NCBI RefSeq assembly: GCF_020745735.1
Contig: NC_083412.1
Location: 45,263,181-45,327,180, forward strand
DNA: 64,000 bases
Direction: 5' to 3'
Source of the DNA: Hemiscyllium ocellatum
Lineage: Eukaryota
Positions 1 to 11,149 of the stretch are shown in pieces. Position numbers and translations under genes: made by a program. The notes beneath the pieces were generated by a model. That model made no database searches. It saw only the letters and a list, made by a program, of their open reading frames with translations, and had not been told where the DNA came from. The stretch's first letter is position 1. Each line of letters opens with the position of its first letter.

Positions 1-129
1 ACCAAAATGCTCTTTTTGGTTGAAGAGCTTTTGTTTGAATGAGAACAGGTTTCACTAAGAACATCTAATGGACACAAGGGAACAGTAGTCTTCAGCAACC
101 AACACTAACTGATAATAGAACAGAGACTA

Positions 130-1160
130 TTCCTGCTGATTTCACAAAGACATGAAATTAAAGGGTAGACAACAGATGGCTTGCTTTAAAAAAAATAACA
201 GCAAAGCACAAAGTAATTTTGGCACACAATGAAGAAGCAACTGGCGAATCATCTTTAGAAGGCATCAAAGACTCTTTCTTCAAGCAATATGTTTCGAGAC
301 CAACAAAGAATAAAGCCTTGCTTGATTCACTTCTTGTGAATGAAGTAGAGAATGTCACTGATGTAAGAGAACAGCCAAAAGATAATGACCACAGCATAAT
401 CATGTTCAATGTAAAAGTAGAAAAGGATAATGGACTAGAAAAAGACTAACTGCAGTGACATAAAAAGGACAATGACTCAAATTAATTGGACTGTGGTGAA
501 ATGGATAGAGCAAGAAATAAAAACTCAGAGATAAAAAGCATGTACTTCAAAGGAGAAACTAACATGGATAGAACAATTCAAACTAAGCAGGCATAACAGT
601 GAAGTGTATGGAAAACAAATACTAAAGATTGTATAAAATACAGGAAGTAAACTGAGTGTGAAAATGAGAACAGAAAGGGAATGAAAATCATTATTTTTCT
701 GAAAAGGAATAATATGGTTTTATGTGCATGTATATCGGGGATCTGATAGATTTAGCAATGTAAGTGTACCAAATGATGAAGTAAAACATTGGTTAGATAT
801 AACCGTACCAAATTATTTCATGCAGTATTTATTAAAAGAATGATATAATTCTGCATAGTTCATTCAGCAGGTCCAGATAACAAGAATGTGGGCTTTTGAA
901 ATAAATCTGATAAGAAATAGCACAAGTTTATTTTCAGTTAACGTTTGCAATCATGTTGCAACAAAACTCCAAAGCCATCACATCCTGAGATGAGACTTCC
1001 ATCCAAACCTTTTGGGAGTCTGCCACTGTGCCACAAATCTGTTGAGAAGTGGAGGATTTTTTTTTTTTTTGCACAAATTTCAAGCCTCCTAAACTATGAA
1101 ATTTGCAATAGGAACTGAAATGGAGTCAATTTATGTATTTTCTTCAAAAAAGATGAATTA
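130..1160 (+). mobile_element. Highly decayed CR1-type LINE, ORF2 endonuclease-to-RT region
   Basis: ORF 219-449 (FFKQYVSRPTKNKALLDSLLVNE...DHSIIMF) resembles the CR1 ORF2 APE C-terminal motif (QxVxxPTR..A.LDL.L.N...SDH..I.F); the remainder is barely recognisable. Confidence 0.55.
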
Positions 1161-1525
1161 GGCACCAAGAGCCAATTTTTTTCTTCAGTGAGTTCACGGC
1201 AGTCTTTTATCTTTCATGACTTGAGTTAAAGTGCAGCCAGCAAAATGAAGGAGATGAAAATTAGAAGATTTCAGCGTAAGTTCTCAAAAAGTATGTGAGC
1301 AAACAGAATAGGGATAAAAATCAAAGTGACAGGACACAGGAAAGCTGATAACTAGTTTGTGCGTTTTTTTTGCTCTTTCTCTCTCTAAAATGGACCAAGT
1401 TTATTTTAATAGTTTGTCTAAATATAGTACAAGAATAGTAGAAGAAATAATTGGTAATGGCACAGAGCAAACCTTGAACAATTAATTGATTTTGTTTTTA
1501 AGCAAAGCACAGCAAACTTTGTACA

Positions 1526-1629
1526 CAAACAAAAACAGAAATTGTTGAAAAACCTCAGCAGGTCTGGCAGAAACTGTGGAGAGAAATCAGAGTTAATGGT
1601 TCGGGCCGGGTGACCCTTACTCAGAACAG
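1526..1629 (-). mobile_element. PLE-derived short element, family C (single arm, decayed hammerhead)
   Basis: Reverse complement reads gtt-CTGAGTA-a-gggtc accc ggccc-GAAC-catt-aac; homologous to 3431-3525. Confidence 0.65.
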
Positions 1630-2279
1630 CAAAATCTATGTTGTCCACTAATATACTAATCAGAATTTCCAGGCAGAGACTGCTATGCCCTTCTTTAAAA
1701 ATCAAGAACTGTTCCAACTTTAAAACTAAGTCTTCCTTGAGGGACTATCAGATTTTTTAAGCATTTCTATCAGCCACCTGAATTTTGGGAGGATCACTTC
1801 TCCAGTATTGCTTGGAATGCTATGCAGTTATTGAATGTACAGTGATGTGGAAGCACTGACAGCTGGATGGTTGAGCTCCACAGAAATTGAGGAAAGGGAA
1901 TAGGCTACAATATAGCATGTTGCTTTCAATGGACTGTACTCCTTGATAATTGACTTGAAAATGTGCAACTGAACATTTTCAAGCCTGTCATGTTTTTGAT
2001 GTATGAGATGATTAATATCTGAAATGTTTTGAACATTTTCTCTTTTTCTTTGCTTCCACTTCCTCCTTTTTTGACTGTATCAACGCCTGTCATTTGACAG
2101 CCTTCAGCTATTGTTTCAAGCAGAATTCTCCATATGATACCCAAGTGCTGTTAAGCTATTTGATCATATTGACAGAGGTTGTTCTATGTTCTCAAGGCAC
2201 TTAAGTTGATTTCAGTAGAAATCTTCATGATAGAACTGTAGGATATCATGAGGCCAATCATACATATGCATCAATATAT

Positions 2280-2640
2280 AAATTGGGAGTAAGAATAGAC
2301 CCCTGGCCATGGCTGTTCTGATCGTCAACTTTAACTTCATATTCCTCTCATTCTGATGTTCTTTGATGTCTTTTTTTTATTAAGATTCCATCTATCTCTG
2401 CCCATAAAAAATGTTCAAAGACTCTTCTTTTACTAAATTTTGAGGAAGAGAGTTCCAAAAGTAATGATTCTCTGTCGGAAAAAAAACCTTATCTCTGCCT
2501 TGATTGAGCAGCCCCTTCTTTTTAAACAGTGATCCTTACTTCTACATTTTCCTTTTCACATCCACCTTGTCAAGGCCCCTCAGGGTCTTACACATTTAAG
2601 TCCTGTCACCTCTTATGCTCCTAAACCTCAAATTCTAAAC
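2280..2640 (-). mobile_element. Old CR1 LINE 3' end fragment
   Basis: Similar to the antisense of the CR1 3' ends at 40300-40620 and 27710-28265. Confidence 0.55.
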
Positions 2641-2892
2641 TAGTTCCCTCTACTACAGCTAATTCAGAAAGACCACAGATTGGACCAAAATGTTTTTGAG
2701 TTGGGAAGCGTAGCACACTTCAGTGCACCAAAGTAAATTTCATTAATTTGTTTGGAGATTCTCCTTACTTCCTTATGCTATCCTGTATTTGATGGTTCCA
2801 GCTACAGCCAGGATATAATTTAAGCTATTTACTTTCAAACTAAAAGATAATTTGTGGGCATATTGATCCAGGAAAAGCTTGAGCTGTGTACT

Positions 2893-3052
2893 TCATTCCT
2901 TGTCCTGGTAATAAAGCTGTGATTGAGGGCATGGTGATGCAGGATTTGAAGCTACATCCTCCAACTCTATGCCACAACAAAGTAATGCTGCTGTGTTTTC
3001 CTCTGGTAACTCATCTTCAGTTGACTTAGATTTAATGTCACAATTCATCATG
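2893..3052 (-). CDS. Candidate terminal coding exon of an unidentified minus-strand gene (MMNCDIKSKSTEDELPEE...YYQDKE*)
   Basis: Pyrimidine-rich acceptor ttctatcctcttatgaattgcag|C; only the phase-2 frame is open; phase matches the exon at 7235-7453; non-repetitive, acidic composition. Confidence 0.4.
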
Positions 3053-3359
3053 CTGCAATTCATAAGAGGATAGAAGTTTATTTTTTGAAGTTTTACCGAG
3101 AGTATTCCTTTACCTTGATGTTTCAATGAATAAAGCAAAGCATATTTCTTTATTTCTCCTTCATAGGTTTGGGTTTTCTGTTTGGAGGTCACTGCTCAGA
3201 TTTGGGAGATTTTCTGGCTCAACACACCTGCTTCAGGAAAAGCACCCTTAATAGCATGATTTTCATTTCAAGGGAGGTGTGGAATAGAGTCAGGCTTGCC
3301 ACCTCACAGATTGTAGGTGGCCACAAGCAGCCAAGTCCAAACCAAATTGGTTAAAATGC

Positions 3360-3525
3360 CTGACAAAAAAAACTGAAATGCTGGAAATCAGAAACAAAAT
3401 CAGAAATTGTTGGACAAATTAGCAGCATCTGTTCAGAAGAAGGGTCACTGGACCTGAAATGTTAACCCTGCTTTCTCTCCGCAAATGCTTCCAGACCTGC
3501 TGAATTGTTTCAGCAATTTCTGATT
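3360..3525. mobile_element. PLE-derived inverted (two-arm) insertion, family C
   Basis: Perfect 13-bp TSD TTGGTTAAAATGC (3347-3359 / 3526-3538); inverted arms aatcagaaattg...caatttctgatt; decayed hammerhead gtt-CAGAAGA-a-gggtc actg gacct-GAAA-tgtt-aac at 3431-3466. Confidence 0.75.
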
Positions 3526-3657
3526 TTGGTTAAAATGCTCACCTTGGCTCTTTAGCCCATTGTTAGAGATGTGTTGATCAATATTATTCCCATCAGTTGT
3601 TATACTTTTCTCACAAACAGTGGGGGGGGGGTTACAGTCAAGCAGAATTAATGCAAA

Positions 3658-3882
3658 AATTAGAGTGGGGCTGGAAATGCACAGCTGGTCAAACAGCATC
3701 TGAAGAGCAGGAAAGCTGATGTTTCGGGCAGGAGCCCTTCATCAGGATTCCTGATGAAGGGCTCCTGCCCAAAATATTGATTTTCCTGCTCCTCGGATGC
3801 TGCCTGACCGGCTGTGCATTTCCAGCATCACTCTAATCTTGACTCTAATCTCCAATATCTGCAGTCCTCACTTTTGTCTAGT
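3658..3882. mobile_element. PLE-derived palindromic insertion, family A
   Basis: Perfect 11-bp TSD ATTAATGCAAA (3647-3657 / 3883-3893); central palindrome gggcaggagcccttcatcagga-t-tcctgatgaagggctcctgccc with a CTGATGA hammerhead core on both strands. Confidence 0.85.
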
Positions 3883-4364
3883 ATTAATGCAAAGATGATC
3901 GCACATAAGATGATGTAAACAAACATTTATCAAAACTGCAGACACAGTTTTTCAAACCACAAACTCAAGGACTTTAAAAAATCACAAATGTTGGTTATTT
4001 AAATAACCTAATGAAAGAGTTCTATGTTTCTGACCTTTTTTCATTAACAATTATGTATAGGAAAAAAAAGTTGGAAGTTGCAAGTGTAAGATAAGACCAT
4101 TGCAGAAGCAAAAAAATATGATCTGTTTGAACTCAACATTGAGTTTAATTGGCCTGCTGAAATTGGATTTCATTCATATGAGACTCAAGTCACTTCCTGT
4201 CTCTGCTACTGCCAAAAATAAGATCTGTCAGAAATAGCAGTGAAATTTGAGGTTCTGGGTTACCAGCCCCATTCTGTATTAGACATAGAGTCACCAAGAA
4301 TATTATGACATTATATACTTGAGACTCAAGTCACCAGAGTATAAAAATGTTCAATTATTCGTCA

Positions 4365-4730
4365 AAAAATTGGAAGTGGCACATAAAATGGGAAAATGTG
4401 GATATGTCGGTTTTGGCTGGAAGAATGGAAAATCATATATTGTTTGAATGGGGAGAGACTTTAGAACCCTACAGTACAAAAAGGATCTGAATATCCTTTA
4501 CATGAATTAATAAAAAAAACTAGTACACAGGTAAAACCTATGATTAGGAAAGCAAGTTGAGCACTGCAAGAGGATTGAGTATAAATGATTGCACATAGCC
4601 TGGGTAATAATGCAGCTGAAAGTCTTACTTAATAAAATACACAATTGCATCAGAGAAGATCACTCAACTCATTCCTGGGATGAAAAGGTTATCTTTGAAA
4701 GGAAGATTGGACAGCTTGGGTCTTGTTCAA
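4365..4730 (+). mobile_element. Decayed CR1 LINE fragment (RT C-terminal region)
   Basis: Degenerate similarity to 39800-40200. Confidence 0.45.
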
Positions 4731-6149
4731 TAAGTAACTTCAATGATCATGTGGAAAAGATTGTATTCATTTCTAATTTCCAGAGGCATACATTGGTGAT
4801 GCACATCAGCCTTCTGATTCAGGCATCAGAGCTAAGCTTAACAAAACTCCACAACAGATTCAGTGACATGAAAGACTTCTATTATGTCACTAAGACAACA
4901 AGGACTGTATTCACAGTCAATGTAAAGTCCACAGTGTTAGAAAATAAGCACAATGTAAGTTCTAAGCCCCAGTGAAAATCTTCCAGTAAAAGTTTCAGTG
5001 GATTGATGCCAACATTATTTCTGTTGTGCCAAGGGCTACATGTTCAGAGCAGTGAGAAGAGTGCCATGTAATTTTATATTGAAAGTAGTGCAGCGTATAT
5101 TTCTGAAAGTATCACTAACTGCTTAATGTTGTGCTGTTGAAACATAGTGATCCACAATCGCCTTTGAACCAGTATCTGTTCTAATCTATTAATGGATTGT
5201 CAATCATCAGAACTTTGTACAAGTGGCATGTCTCACACTGAAACACTATTAAAAGCTGCAGACACATGGTTCTTACAGTTACTAATGGCAGAGAAGATAA
5301 ATTCAAGCTGAACAATTCAGTAATTGCCATCTCACTTCCTTAGTATGTTGGTAGTTGTACTTCAAACACTGGTCAGCTGCTCATAGAAATTAAACAGCAA
5401 CCATTATACACAACATTATATATTTTCTGTAAATCAGCAATATACAGCAAACGTTTGAATTAAGTGTAAATTGGACAGAGTGAATGCATGATTGTATAAA
5501 CATTAATAGGAGCTACATTTTGAGGAAACACCTGGACAGAATCATTAATATTGCTGGTTGAAATACTCAGCACAAACTATTCCTTAAAATTTGTAACAGT
5601 TAACAAATGGCTGCACAAGTATGGTTGTAAGTCCTTGGATTTCAAGCTGTGACAGTTATGATGTAACAGCTGTGAATTACAGCCACTTTACCTAATTAAT
5701 ATTCTTCATCTCTTAGGAATGGAATTGAAATACTCTCATACAAAAATCGCAATCCCATATGTGACAGTTTGATGAGGTGTGAAACATTTGCTGCTGGCAA
5801 GATTTTAATGATTACTTAAGGATTTTGTTTGCAATAATATTCGTAATGTAGAATGTAACAATGAAGCTTCATTTCAACACTAAGCAAATGAATAGACTCA
5901 GAATTTCCATGAGAACAGCAGTAAGGCTATCAGCACTCACCATTGTAATAAATGAAATCTGTCAAGCAACTTCTGGAGTACATATCCAGTTCAATGCAGA
6001 AATTCGGATGTCATTAGGGTTACTTGATTCTGTCACTACCTGCGGTGCAACAATCCTTGCAAATAGACTCAGCAATCAAATTCCTAGGATACTTGAATTT
6101 GAGATGTTGTTTACTAATTCCCAGTCTGCTAGACAAATAGAAATTTTCT

Positions 6150-7030
6150 CCAGCTAAACATTTGGAAAGCTGAAGACATTATATTCAGTCCCTGTCTCTG
6201 ACTCTACCCATTCCCTGACAATGAGCTGGAAAAGATTGTTGACAGTCTTTGTGTCATATTTGAGCCCAAGATAACCCGTGGTTGCTACATATCGAAACCA
6301 CCAAAAAGACTCTTATTTCCAACTCTGTAACACCACCTGACCACTCTTCTCTTAGAACTCCAAACTTGATTGTACCAGCATATTAGGTCAGGCAACATCC
6401 AAAGAGCAGGAGAGTCAGCATTTGAGGCAAAAGCCCTTCATCAGGAAGTCCTGATGAAGGGCGTTTGTCCAAAATGTCAGATTTTCCTGCTTCTCAGATA
6501 TTGCCAGACCTGCTGTGCTTTTCCAGCACCACACTCTTGACTCTAATCTCCAGCATCTGCAGACCTCACTTTCACCTGTATGAGTACATTGCTAGCTGTA
6601 TCTCATTTTCCATCCTTCAGGTTTTGTTGCCCATTCAAAATCCTATTACCTCCAAGCTAATATATGACAAATCCCAATTACTCATCACCTGATGCTCTCT
6701 AATCTTCCTGTTTAAGGAACCTCTTGATTCAAAAATTGACGTCCTTCTTTGTAAATTTTTCCATGCTTTTTCCTGACCATTTTTACGCCACTTGAGCTCT
6801 GCTCACCTATCACAATATGTATTCCTCCAATTCTTGTTTTTAAAATACCCTGCTTTAAATCTCACTTCCATTATTGATTATGCCTTTAGCTACCTAGATT
6901 ATAAACTCTAAATTCCTTCCCTACACCCCTCTGTCTCTCTGCATATCATATATTGTCAAGACCTTCCTTCAAGCTACCACTCATATTAAGCTTTTGTTTA
7001 TCAATTTTACTGGCTTAGTGACAAAGTTTA
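6150..7030 (+). mobile_element. Very old L2-like LINE 3' fragment, interrupted by a family A element
   Basis: C-rich degenerate sequence resembling L2 ORF2 3' end and tail; weak. Confidence 0.35.
6385..6577. mobile_element. PLE-derived palindromic insertion, family A
   Basis: gcccttcatcagga-ag-tcctgatgaagggc centre; right arm ends in ccagcatctgcagacctcactttc as in other copies. Confidence 0.8.
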
Positions 7031-7234
7031 TTTCATTTTGTTTTTAAAGAAGTTTACAAAAACAGTTATTGCTCTTGGAAAAATTGGATTTGTTGCATTC
7101 AAGAATAACTGAATTCCAATGTGAGAAATGATAATTGCTGCCAAAGAAATTTAATAGCCATGAAAGTTTACTTCTACAACTGTGGATCCTCATGACATCA
7201 ACTCTAATCAAATTCTGAATTATTAATGTTTTAC

Positions 7235-7453
7235 AAAAGTCTTCTGTGTGTCCCTTTCATCTGTCTTTCTTTATCCAAAGTCTGGTTGAAGATTTCTTTA
7301 TCCAGTCTGTCTTTATTATTCAGTTTTTTGTTCATAATTTGAACTAAATTTTCATATCCTTGTTTCGACTTTGCATGTCTCAGTGAGGATTCTTTAATCT
7401 GTTTAAAAAGCTTCTCACCATTGCTTGCTTTGCTCACAGAAGTCACAAATTTC
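7235..7453 (-). CDS. Candidate internal coding exon (KFVTSVSKASNGEKLFKQIKE...KERQMKGTHRRL), Lys-rich, helical/coiled-coil-like
   Basis: Acceptor ccctctacag|G, donor TT|gtaaaa; 219 bp, phase 2-2, open; joins in frame to 9864 upstream and 3052 downstream. Confidence 0.45.
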
Positions 7454-9061
7454 CTGTAGAGGGCATTGCACTGGAAAATATGCCAAGTTAGAGGAATTTT
7501 ATAAATGGTCTGTGCGTAGTTGTCAGTGAGATGGATGCATAACCACTGAGGGGAAACTTCAGGGGCCAAGCAATCGTTAGTGTTCTGCACTCAACTGTGT
7601 AAAATCAGAATGGTTGTGACCATTTTTGCTCTTCCGTTTGGAGCTGAATTTCAAATGGCTTAGCCATATTGCATTCTTCTGTTTCATTCTATTTTCAAAC
7701 CTTTCATGTTCAATACTAGCTAATGATATAGAAAAACAGTGTAACTGCAAGTGATATCTGCCATTTTTATGTTATTCATCAGAAGTGTCAATGGTAATCC
7801 TTCGAGACTTTTGCAGCAGTTGTTAGTTGAAAAGAACTGAGGCAATTTGATTGCCTTCGGCTTGGTTGATGCTGTTTACTGACAAATAAAAGAACACTTC
7901 ATTTTGTAATAAACTGAAAATGACAAGCTGTTGGGTAATAGCCAACTTTTATTTTACCTGTAATATTGAATTTGATTACATGTTCAGTATTTCAGGTATG
8001 GGTTTGTTGGGCTGGGTCAAACACCAGTTAACGTACTCCTAAACGTTCAACCTGAAGTTGTACTTGACGTATTACAGAATTTTGATGTAATATGTTGTGA
8101 TTTTGTAGTGCAATTTTATGAAGTATGACAGGAAAAAGGAGTCATCAATGTAGAAAAAAAAAATGAGTGTCAATGGATTTTTAAAAAGTGGTTGATAATA
8201 GCAGTTTGCCACTGCTATTAACTCTGTTCCATTATATGGCTCAGGAGTTACCCAGGTACTTTTACAGTCCTGCTGGGTTAAAAAGGAAGCCAACAGTGGC
8301 CCACATATTCCATCCAGCATCAGCTGTACAGTCTGCTTCCAGCTGAAGCATGGATTAATCAAAAGGACATCATAGTGCAAGGAGAAGGCCGAGCAGTGAG
8401 AACACATGTATTTTTGTGTTGGTTGCTGCTGTATACAAGGATTTTTTAAAAGTCCAAATGTTTCAGTGAGTAGACAAATTGCAGAGGTGGGTGGAAGGGT
8501 ATTGAGGTTAGTAGATGATCAGGTGTTTGGAAGTGATGGCTGTCAGTTAAATTACTCTGGCTATCCACTGAGTTAAATGAAGTATCAAACTTCCTAACAT
8601 TTCCCAGCTACGTTCTATGTATCTAGCACAATTCTCTGCCCTAAGCTCAGGGCTGAAGACATTTACAGAAGGGACTCGCAGCAGGAAATCAGCCCAATGG
8701 AAGTTTAAGCTTCCTGAGTAATTACATCTATGTCATGCATCAGAACGTCTGCAGTATCATGATGCATATTTCCCAACAAACATATCATTTCTTACAATCC
8801 TGAGACTTCATGATTTGGGCCAACGTTGAAACAAAGCCTATTATTTTTGTGTCATAACAAATGAGACATGCCACCTGTCAACATCTCATTCATCAAGTAT
8901 CCATTGTTAATATTTTTGCAGTGGATAGATAGCATCATATTTTTGTGGTTTATTGACACAATACTAGTTGAGGCTAAGAAACAGCTAGGGAGAAATATTT
9001 GTAAATTTGAATTATACTGTTAAATGTATTAGTCCTAATCTCAGGAATGCAGTTGCAACGC

Positions 9062-9733
9062 TGTTGAGACACTTGCAGAAAGTATTTGATTGTATAAATA
9101 GCAACATTAATCTTAACTAAAACAGTAAAGGAATACCATGTACCAGCCAACACATGTTTTTGTTTTCTGTTTCTTATTTTTAGAGGCAAGTGTGAAGTGC
9201 CTGTTCCAAATGCAATTAAACTGGTCAAACTATTCAATGTTGAGCAAAATGCAATTTGTTTAAACACTGTAGTAAAAATATAATCAAAGAAAGAGGAATT
9301 TAGAATAACTCTATTGGAAAACTTAATAGAATAATAGATACAGTAACTATTACGAATTAACTATTCCAATGTAGTTACATTCCATAAACCCCTGGCAAAA
9401 AGGAAAATTCAGACACAGATTCTCACATACAGTGCTCCCATACATGAAGCAAAAACATCAAGAGAAAATTCACAGAGAGTAGTAGCCAGGAGACATTCAC
9501 CGAAGCTTCCAAATCTGTGAAGAACCAGTAACTTCTCCTTGAAGTTAAAATCTGAAACACCAAAATCCTGTGAGAGCTGGCCACACCCAGTCAGGCTGTT
9601 AAAAAAAAGACCCAAGGTCTCCCAAGCTGTTCACTCCAGTAGTTTTGGTAGACTGCTTGGTGCCTCTAACATAAAAGCTCTTTTCAATAAGAACCAGGAC
9701 AAAATAACTTTTTAAAGTCACAGCATCATCACA
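9062..9733 (-). mobile_element. Probable solo LTR-like element
   Basis: About 670 bp bounded by TG(ttgagac)...(catca)CA; composition like the other LTR-like elements here; no clear TSD. Confidence 0.35.
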
Positions 9734-9863
9734 TCATTATTTTGATTGCAGAGAAAATCCTGTTTTTAGATATATGTATTTGCTGCATTTGAATTTCTGT
9801 TGATGGTTCACAGTATTATTTTGAAAATTGTAATATTTTGCAATATTCTCCCAACAGAATTAC

Positions 9864-10096
9864 ACTTCATGCAAAAATTTGTTTTGTGCTGAAATATTAT
9901 ATTTATCATGGAGTCCTTTTCTGTACTCATGCCTTCTAATACATAGCTGTATCAACCCTTCATCCATGATCATTAAGGCGGAACTGATCTTGTATCTGAA
10001 ATTCTTCAATTTCTGAAATTGCTTTTCATCAGTGGTTGAGTTGAGGAAAATAAATGACCTATTTTCTTTAAGAATTTGCAACATAAATACTACCAG
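9864..10096 (-). CDS. Candidate internal coding exon (...QFQKLKNFRYKISSALMIMDEGLIQLCIRRHEYRKG...KFLHEV)
   Basis: Donor GAAGT|gtaatt (phase 2); phase-0 acceptor at 10096 (atgaag|) or 10012 (atttcag|); open frame; joins 10562 upstream and 7453 downstream. Confidence 0.4.
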
Positions 10097-10164
10097 CTTC
10101 ATTTATTAGAAGTTATTGCATTAGTAATGTTGCCCAAAGATGTAGCACTCATGACTAAGGAACC

Positions 10165-10200
10165 ATTCCTGATGAAGGGCTTATGCTCGAAACGTCGAAT
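10165..10200 (+). ncRNA. Minimal type-I hammerhead ribozyme, intact core
   Basis: AUUC-CUGAUGA-A-GGGC(UUAU)GCUC-GAAA-CG-UC-GAAU: 4-bp stem I, full catalytic core, 4-bp stem II, palindromic ACGU in place of stem III, predicted cleavage after GUC (C10196). Confidence 0.75.
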
Positions 10201-10294
10201 TCTCTATTCCTGAGATGCTGCCTAACCTGCTGTGCTTTGACCAGCAACACATTTGCAGCTGTGATCTCCAGCATCTGCAGACCTCATTTTTTAC
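10165..10294 (+). mobile_element. PLE terminal-repeat (pLTR) fragment, family A, single arm
   Basis: Homologous to the right arms at 3748-3880 and 14455-14586; retains the CpGs of the ribozyme core. Confidence 0.8.
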
Positions 10295-10561
10295 TTACAG
10301 AAATATAATGTAACTATAATATACTTATTTTCTCTTTCACTGGGGCTTTCCCCCTTGCTGTTTCTTAACCTCAATTAGTATTGTGTCAATAAATCAGAAA
10401 AAGTGAGTTAAACCAGCTGTGATTTTGATAAATTTTATTGAGTTACTTTTGATTCACATGCATGTTGGAGATTCATGATGTATTTCTATCTATGTGCAGA
10501 AATAAGGATTATTTCACTGAATCTATGACAGATTTAAATTAGTAAAATCATAAGAAAATAC

Positions 10562-10730
10562 ATATTCCTTTGATCTCCCCGATGTTTCTTGCATTTCACA
10601 CAACTCCTTAATTCTAGTTTTCTTGGCAAAGTCGATTTTGTATTCCTTTGGCCTTGATTTTGTTTTTAACTCAGATGCATAATCAAAGAATTTTTCAGCA
10701 CAGAGGACACCTTTTTGCTCAATATGTCTT
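10562..10730 (-). CDS. Candidate internal coding exon (RHIEQKGVLCAEKFFDYASELKTKSRPKEYKIDF...RSKEY)
   Basis: Acceptor gctcattcag|A, donor TAT|gtattt; 169 bp, phase 2-0, open; purine-rich non-repeat sequence. Confidence 0.4.
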
Positions 10731-11149
10731 CTGAATGAGCACATGTATACCGTCTTCCCCTGCAACTCCTCAGAATTGTATCTATTTTATATTGTCTCTC
10801 CATGTTCATTCAACAAAAATGAATCACTTCATATTTCTCTGCATTGAATCTCACCTTCCATTTGCCCATCTGTTCAACCTACTTGTCTTTATCTTTTTGA
10901 TGTTCTATATTATCTTACTCACTTTTCTTAATGCTTTCAAGTCTTTTACTATCCAAATATGTTGGAATTGTAAGAAAAGCTTAACTTAATTTCAAACAGA
11001 TGTTTAAGTTTCAATTTTGTTTCCTTTTCATTTCTTTTTCAAACATAATTTAGTTTTTGGTGTCCTCCCAACTTCTCAATATCAAGGATGATGGTCTTCA
11101 CTTAATTTGATTCACTTATTACAATATTAAAAATTGGTTAAAGTCAGTG

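Noticed and set aside
1926-2147. Additional minus-strand coding exon
   Set aside because: Downstream of the predicted stop at 2893 and frames are inconsistent; at most 3' UTR.
3658-3882. MITE, rho-independent terminator or pre-miRNA interpretation of the palindromes
   Set aside because: Variable long TSDs, asymmetric arms and linkage to a GIY-YIG ORF indicate PLE origin.
9503-9596. Minus-strand exon with a strong acceptor and donor (LTGCGQLSQDFG...)
   Set aside because: Lies within a probable LTR-like repeat, and its phase (2-1) breaks the exon chain.
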